64,000 nt of DNA from Candidatus Stercoripulliclostridium sp. (GTDB lineage Bacteria; Bacillota; Clostridia; Christensenellales; DTU072). The translations under genes and the position numbers were made by a program. Shown piece by piece: positions 63,880 through 64,000 of this stretch. The notes under the pieces were generated by a model. It saw only the letters and a list, made by a program, of their open reading frames with translations, was not told the origin of the DNA and made no database searches. Position 1 is the first letter of the stretch; the number at the start of each line of letters is the position of its first letter. The stretch is taken from contig JAZNIY010000025.1 of the NCBI GenBank assembly GCA_045577735.1, forward strand, positions 130,007-194,006, given 5' to 3'.

Positions 63880-64000
63880 ATGGCAGTATTATCTTGCTTG
63901 AACGTAACTAAATATTTTGGCGAGAACAGAGTGTTAAACGACGTTTCGCTGGAAATAGAAAAGGGGAGCTTTGTTTCCATTGTTGGGGCATCTGGCTCGG
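63880..64000 (+). CDS. ABC transporter ATP-binding protein, N-terminal 40 aa (3' end outside window)
   Basis: SD AGGAG. LNVTKYFGENRVLNDVSLEIEKGSFVSIVGASGS runs into Walker A. Confidence 0.8.
   Translation, partial: MAVLSCLNVTKYFGENRVLNDVSLEIEKGSFVSIVGASGS

Noticed and set aside
1-64000. Mobile element, prophage, defence island or alternative genetic code.
   Set aside because: I recognised no integrase, transposase, reverse transcriptase, restriction-modification, cas or phage structural genes. TGA terminates well-conserved genes at the expected length (dus at 32476-32478, methyltransferase at 50598-50600), so the code is standard.

Overview
Chromosomal window from a Gram-positive, Bacillota/Clostridia-like genome. 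It appears to be an endospore former: it has spoVT-yabM-mazG synteny and spmA/spmB. The genetic code is standard, with TGA used as a stop. There are about 45 genes, mostly housekeeping. They include a glgP fragment plus a GH13 enzyme, and glycolysis split over three loci (pgk-tpiA-gpmI, fba, gap). Others are luxS, several peptidases, rho, leuS and rsmI. A sugar cluster runs uxuA-SDR-TIM barrel-Gfo/Idh/MocA-GH13 alpha-glucosidase. I saw no integrase, transposase, CRISPR array, cas gene, tRNA or rRNA.

Stand-out observations:
1. A 10.9-kb gene encodes a 3,617-aa lipoprotein built of Listeria-Bacteroides repeats and hierarchically periodic BspA-type LRRs. It is followed by a 913-aa acidic lipoprotein of unknown function.
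2. A guanine-class purine riboswitch has a terminator that overlaps the aptamer, giving pbuE-like ON logic. It sits ahead of a long Udk/PRK-family kinase.
3. A heterodimeric ABC exporter has one degenerate-site subunit carrying a ~460-aa extracytoplasmic insertion.
4. A tandem structured element with a 118-nt period lies between pgk and tpiA. It shares ACACTACAG with a palindrome in the pgk promoter spacer.
5. A perfect 21-bp palindrome overlaps the gap promoter.
6. An XRE-SLOG divergent cassette carries three operator palindromes.
7. A decayed XRE/membrane-gene remnant is bracketed by duplicated terminator hairpins.
8. Several genes lack an SD and have a -10 box 4-7 nt from the start codon, making them leaderless candidates.

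All family calls are by-eye motif recognition on the supplied translations. No database search or folding program was run.
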